Of a stretch of 39,051 bases of DNA, positions 36,679-39,051 are shown piece by piece. The notes below the pieces were generated by a model. The model ran no database searches, was not told the origin of the DNA, and saw only the letters and a list, made by a program, of their open reading frames with translations. Both the position numbers and the translations under genes were made by a program. Each line of letters starts with the position of its first letter. Position 1 is the first letter of the stretch. The DNA lies in the sequence record SRR20825010_6018, one strand, 5' to 3'.

Positions 36679-37356
36679 CTATTTCCAAAATTGCCACCAT
36701 TTTTTATGATTATCTTTTTTTTCACTTAGGCTTAGTATATATTGAGTTCTAGATTTTTCAAATTCTTCTAATCGGGCTCTATGTGCTTCTTCTGAGTAGG
36801 TTCCATTATCCTTTTCTATTTCTGTTCTTCCTCCACTACCACAGATATCCGCACGGTCAATAAGGATTACGTTGTCTTGATGCATTAATATACCAAGTCC
36901 ATGCTCAATGTCCCATGGACAGCAGCATGAAATTCCAAAATAAGATAAGCCGTTCTTTTCTTGATTTCGTATACAAAGCCCGTCAATTCCAATAAGTTTT
37001 TTTACCTGTTCGGGATTGAGTAATTCAGGAAATCCCAATTCCCCGTCAAACCTATCTTGTTCATGCGATTTCATCAGTTTGGGATACTGATTAAAAAAGG
37101 ATTGGCATAATGAATTTAAAATTTGCTCTTGATTACGTTGAAAATAGTACAGTGCTTTAATTTGGTGTTCGCTTGGTTTGTCCTCACCATAGTTTGTGAA
37201 GCTAATGCCAATGTAACCGTCTGAATGTCCATTTCGCAAGAATGAAAAGCTTCCCTCCGTCCGAAAGGATTTTATTGAATCAAACTCTATTTCTAGATAG
37301 AAATCATCATCCAATTCAGAAAAATCTACACCATCAAGAATATCTCGTTTCTCCAT
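36679..37356 (-). CDS. Hypothetical protein, DUF6985-like, with C-terminal KKWWQFWK motif
   Basis: YFGISCCCPWDIEHGLGILMH; terminal KKWWQFWK. Confidence 0.75.
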   Translation of the reverse strand: MEKRDILDGVDFSELDDDFYLEIEFDSIKSFRTEGSFSFLRNGHSDGYIGISFTNYGEDKPSEHQIKALYYFQRNQEQILNSLCQSFFNQYPKLMKSHEQDRFDGELGFPELLNPEQVKKLIGIDGLCIRNQEKNGLSYFGISCCCPWDIEHGLGILMHQDNVILIDRADICGSGGRTEIEKDNGTYSEEAHRARLEEFEKSRTQYILSLSEKKDNHKKWWQFWK

Positions 37357-37467
37357 CCAATTTACTAATATAACCTACTGCAAAGTTTGTTGCTACTACC
37401 AATTTTAGTCTAATACTTCCCCGTTAGCAAGCGAAATTAATTACGTGTTCGTCATGTGCAGAATGCA

Positions 37468-37521
37468 CGCCAACGGACAAGTATAAGCGGGCGTTTTAAT
37501 GCCGCTTATACATTGTTAGCT
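37468..37521 (-). mobile_element. attC-like recombination site downstream of the serine hydrolase gene
   Basis: Minus strand AGCTAAC-aat-GTATAAGCGG-N11-CCGCTTATAC-ttgtcc-GTTGGCG: AAC...GTT ends with a perfect 10-bp inner stem, 5 nt after the stop codon. Confidence 0.7.
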
Positions 37522-37526
37522 GTATT

Positions 37527-38930
37527 TTATTTTCTATTAAAAATTCTACCATAATTTGATGTAAGCGAATTGGTGTCATCATTGTATGATAAAATGTATT
37601 CGTATTCCATACCCAAAACTAACCAGGAGCCATTTTCAAGTAATGCAAGTTCATTTTTCAGCCCTTGACTTTCAAAATATGGAACACCTTCCTCAATGAG
37701 TATTCTTGCTTTTAAGTTGTCATCAGTGATATAATTTCCACTAATGTTTTTTAGATGCTTCTTATTAAATCGAATCACTTTTTGACCATCAACAGTAATA
37801 TGATTTTTATTAATCTTTGTTTCAATTCCATAAGCAGTCAACAGCTCATTTGACAAACTCCATGGATCCACAAAATCATTTCCGTTATAGCCTAAATTGG
37901 TTAATAATATCACACAAAATTCAGCGCTTGGCACTTTGACCATTCTAGTTCCAGTGACACCATTATGACTAATAATCTCAACACCATTGATGTTATTAAT
38001 TTCCCATCCACTTCCATACTCGATTGGCATTCCATTATCAAGTTTTCCTTGTGTAAACAAGAAGGAACGATTCTTGTCATTTAATAAACGATTAGTTTCA
38101 AGAATGTGATTCCATTTTGTCAGGTCATCAACATTTGAAAAAATTCCAAAAAATGAAGGAATTTCATAATCCCAGGTTCTCATAATATTGATTAACTCTC
38201 CATTTTTTAACGAGTATCCACGAGTCTGGTTAAGAACAACTTTTTCCTGATTGAGTAAATAAGTGTTTTTCAAATTTGCTTCAGCGAAAATAATGTCAAC
38301 CATAAAGTCATGATAACTTCCTGTTATGTTGTCAATTACAATTCCAAGTAGCAAATAACCAACATCACTGTAGTTATATTTTGTACCTGGCTTAAAATCA
38401 AGTGAATCAGTAATTATTGATTGAATAGCTAGTTCTTTAGTGACAGTATTCGTTTGCATCATGTGGTCCAAGGTGGATGCGTCCATACTTGAATAACCTG
38501 TGAATGAAGGTTGAGTAAATGCGTCATGAGGGAACATGCCTGGCAAGCCTGATGTGTGCCAAATCAATTGCTTTACTTTTATTTCTTTCCAATAGTTCGG
38601 GCATTCTGGAAAATGCTCATAGAGATAATCTTCAATGTCTAGTTTATTATCTTGATGAAGTTTGAGTACTGCTGTAGCAGTAAACTGTTTGGTTAATGAG
38701 CCAAGTTCAAAAGTAGTAGAATCATTGACTTCCGCGTTATTCTGGACATCAGCGAGTCCATACGAATTCAATTTTACTAAACTATCATTTTTGATGATTC
38801 CAATCACGGCTCCTGGAATCTGATGTGATTTTAAGTAATTGCTAATCACAATGTCAATTGAGTCTTGTGCTTTAGCGGATATTGTTATGCTAGCAATCAA
38901 TAATATCAGAACCGGTTTTAATTTCTCCAT
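37527..38930 (-). CDS. Serine hydrolase, beta-lactamase class C / AmpC-like family
   Basis: Signal peptide; FELGSLTKQFT (SxxK), LIWHTSGL, PGTKYNYSDVGY, IISHNG, ILLTN. Confidence 0.92.
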   Translation of the reverse strand: MEKLKPVLILLIASITISAKAQDSIDIVISNYLKSHQIPGAVIGIIKNDSLVKLNSYGLADVQNNAEVNDSTTFELGSLTKQFTATAVLKLHQDNKLDIEDYLYEHFPECPNYWKEIKVKQLIWHTSGLPGMFPHDAFTQPSFTGYSSMDASTLDHMMQTNTVTKELAIQSIITDSLDFKPGTKYNYSDVGYLLLGIVIDNITGSYHDFMVDIIFAEANLKNTYLLNQEKVVLNQTRGYSLKNGELINIMRTWDYEIPSFFGIFSNVDDLTKWNHILETNRLLNDKNRSFLFTQGKLDNGMPIEYGSGWEINNINGVEIISHNGVTGTRMVKVPSAEFCVILLTNLGYNGNDFVDPWSLSNELLTAYGIETKINKNHITVDGQKVIRFNKKHLKNISGNYITDDNLKARILIEEGVPYFESQGLKNELALLENGSWLVLGMEYEYILSYNDDTNSLTSNYGRIFNRK

Positions 38931-38945
38931 TTATTTTTCAATTAC

Positions 38946-39030
38946 AGATAACGGACAGCACTAGGCTTTCGTCGGGCTTTTCTCGGGTGTAAGTGCTCCC
39001 CATGAAGCTTAGTGCATGTGTGTGTTGCAC
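38946..39030 (-). mobile_element. attC-like recombination site upstream of the serine hydrolase gene
   Basis: Minus strand GTGCAAC...GCACTAAGCTTCATGGG...CCCGACGAAAGCCTAGTGC-tgtcc-GTTATCT; bulged stem and the same tgtccGTT end as the other site. Confidence 0.65.
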
Positions 39031-39051
39031 AACTAAATTGTGAATAATCCA

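Noticed and set aside
37366-37429. Extra attC-like site (minus strand GCTAAC...GTTATAT) upstream of the 225-aa gene
   Set aside because: Ends fit but there is no convincing inner stem; it contains AAACTTTG, which may just be a promoter.
1-39051. Integrase, transposase, phage, tRNA or rRNA genes
   Set aside because: None recognisable in the ORF track or sequence; any recombinase for the attC-like sites must lie outside the window.

Overview
Bacteroidota (Flavobacteriales-like) chromosomal window, judged from TAnnTTTG promoters, T9SS C-terminal domains, PorP/SprF, lipidated TamL and A-rich translation starts. Positions 1-35.3 kb are mostly housekeeping and envelope genes: rpsO, accD, fbaA, UvrD/PcrA, TamL, TrmH-family methylase, amidohydrolase, acyl-CoA synthetase, recG, a three-gene split DsbD, tsaD, TamB, biotin carboxylase, sucC and two T9SS cargo proteins. 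Two things stand out. (1) An operon at 14.5-17.8 kb encodes an ECF sigma, a coupled anti-sigma with an N-terminal anti-sigma-like domain, TM helix, ~210-aa polar linker and C-terminal PorP/SprF-type barrel, and then a canonical PorP/SprF; this is a candidate T9SS-linked, envelope-spanning signalling system. (2) The right end (35.7-39.05 kb) looks like an integron-like cassette array: a serine hydrolase gene sits between two attC-like palindromes whose outer flanks match only when the gene is circularised, followed by decayed cassettes. No integrase is in the window. Also seen: a REP-like element with a constant core and covarying stems, and a CFI-box-CTERM lipoprotein with SSDGSNG repeats. All calls are by eye from motifs; no database searches were run.
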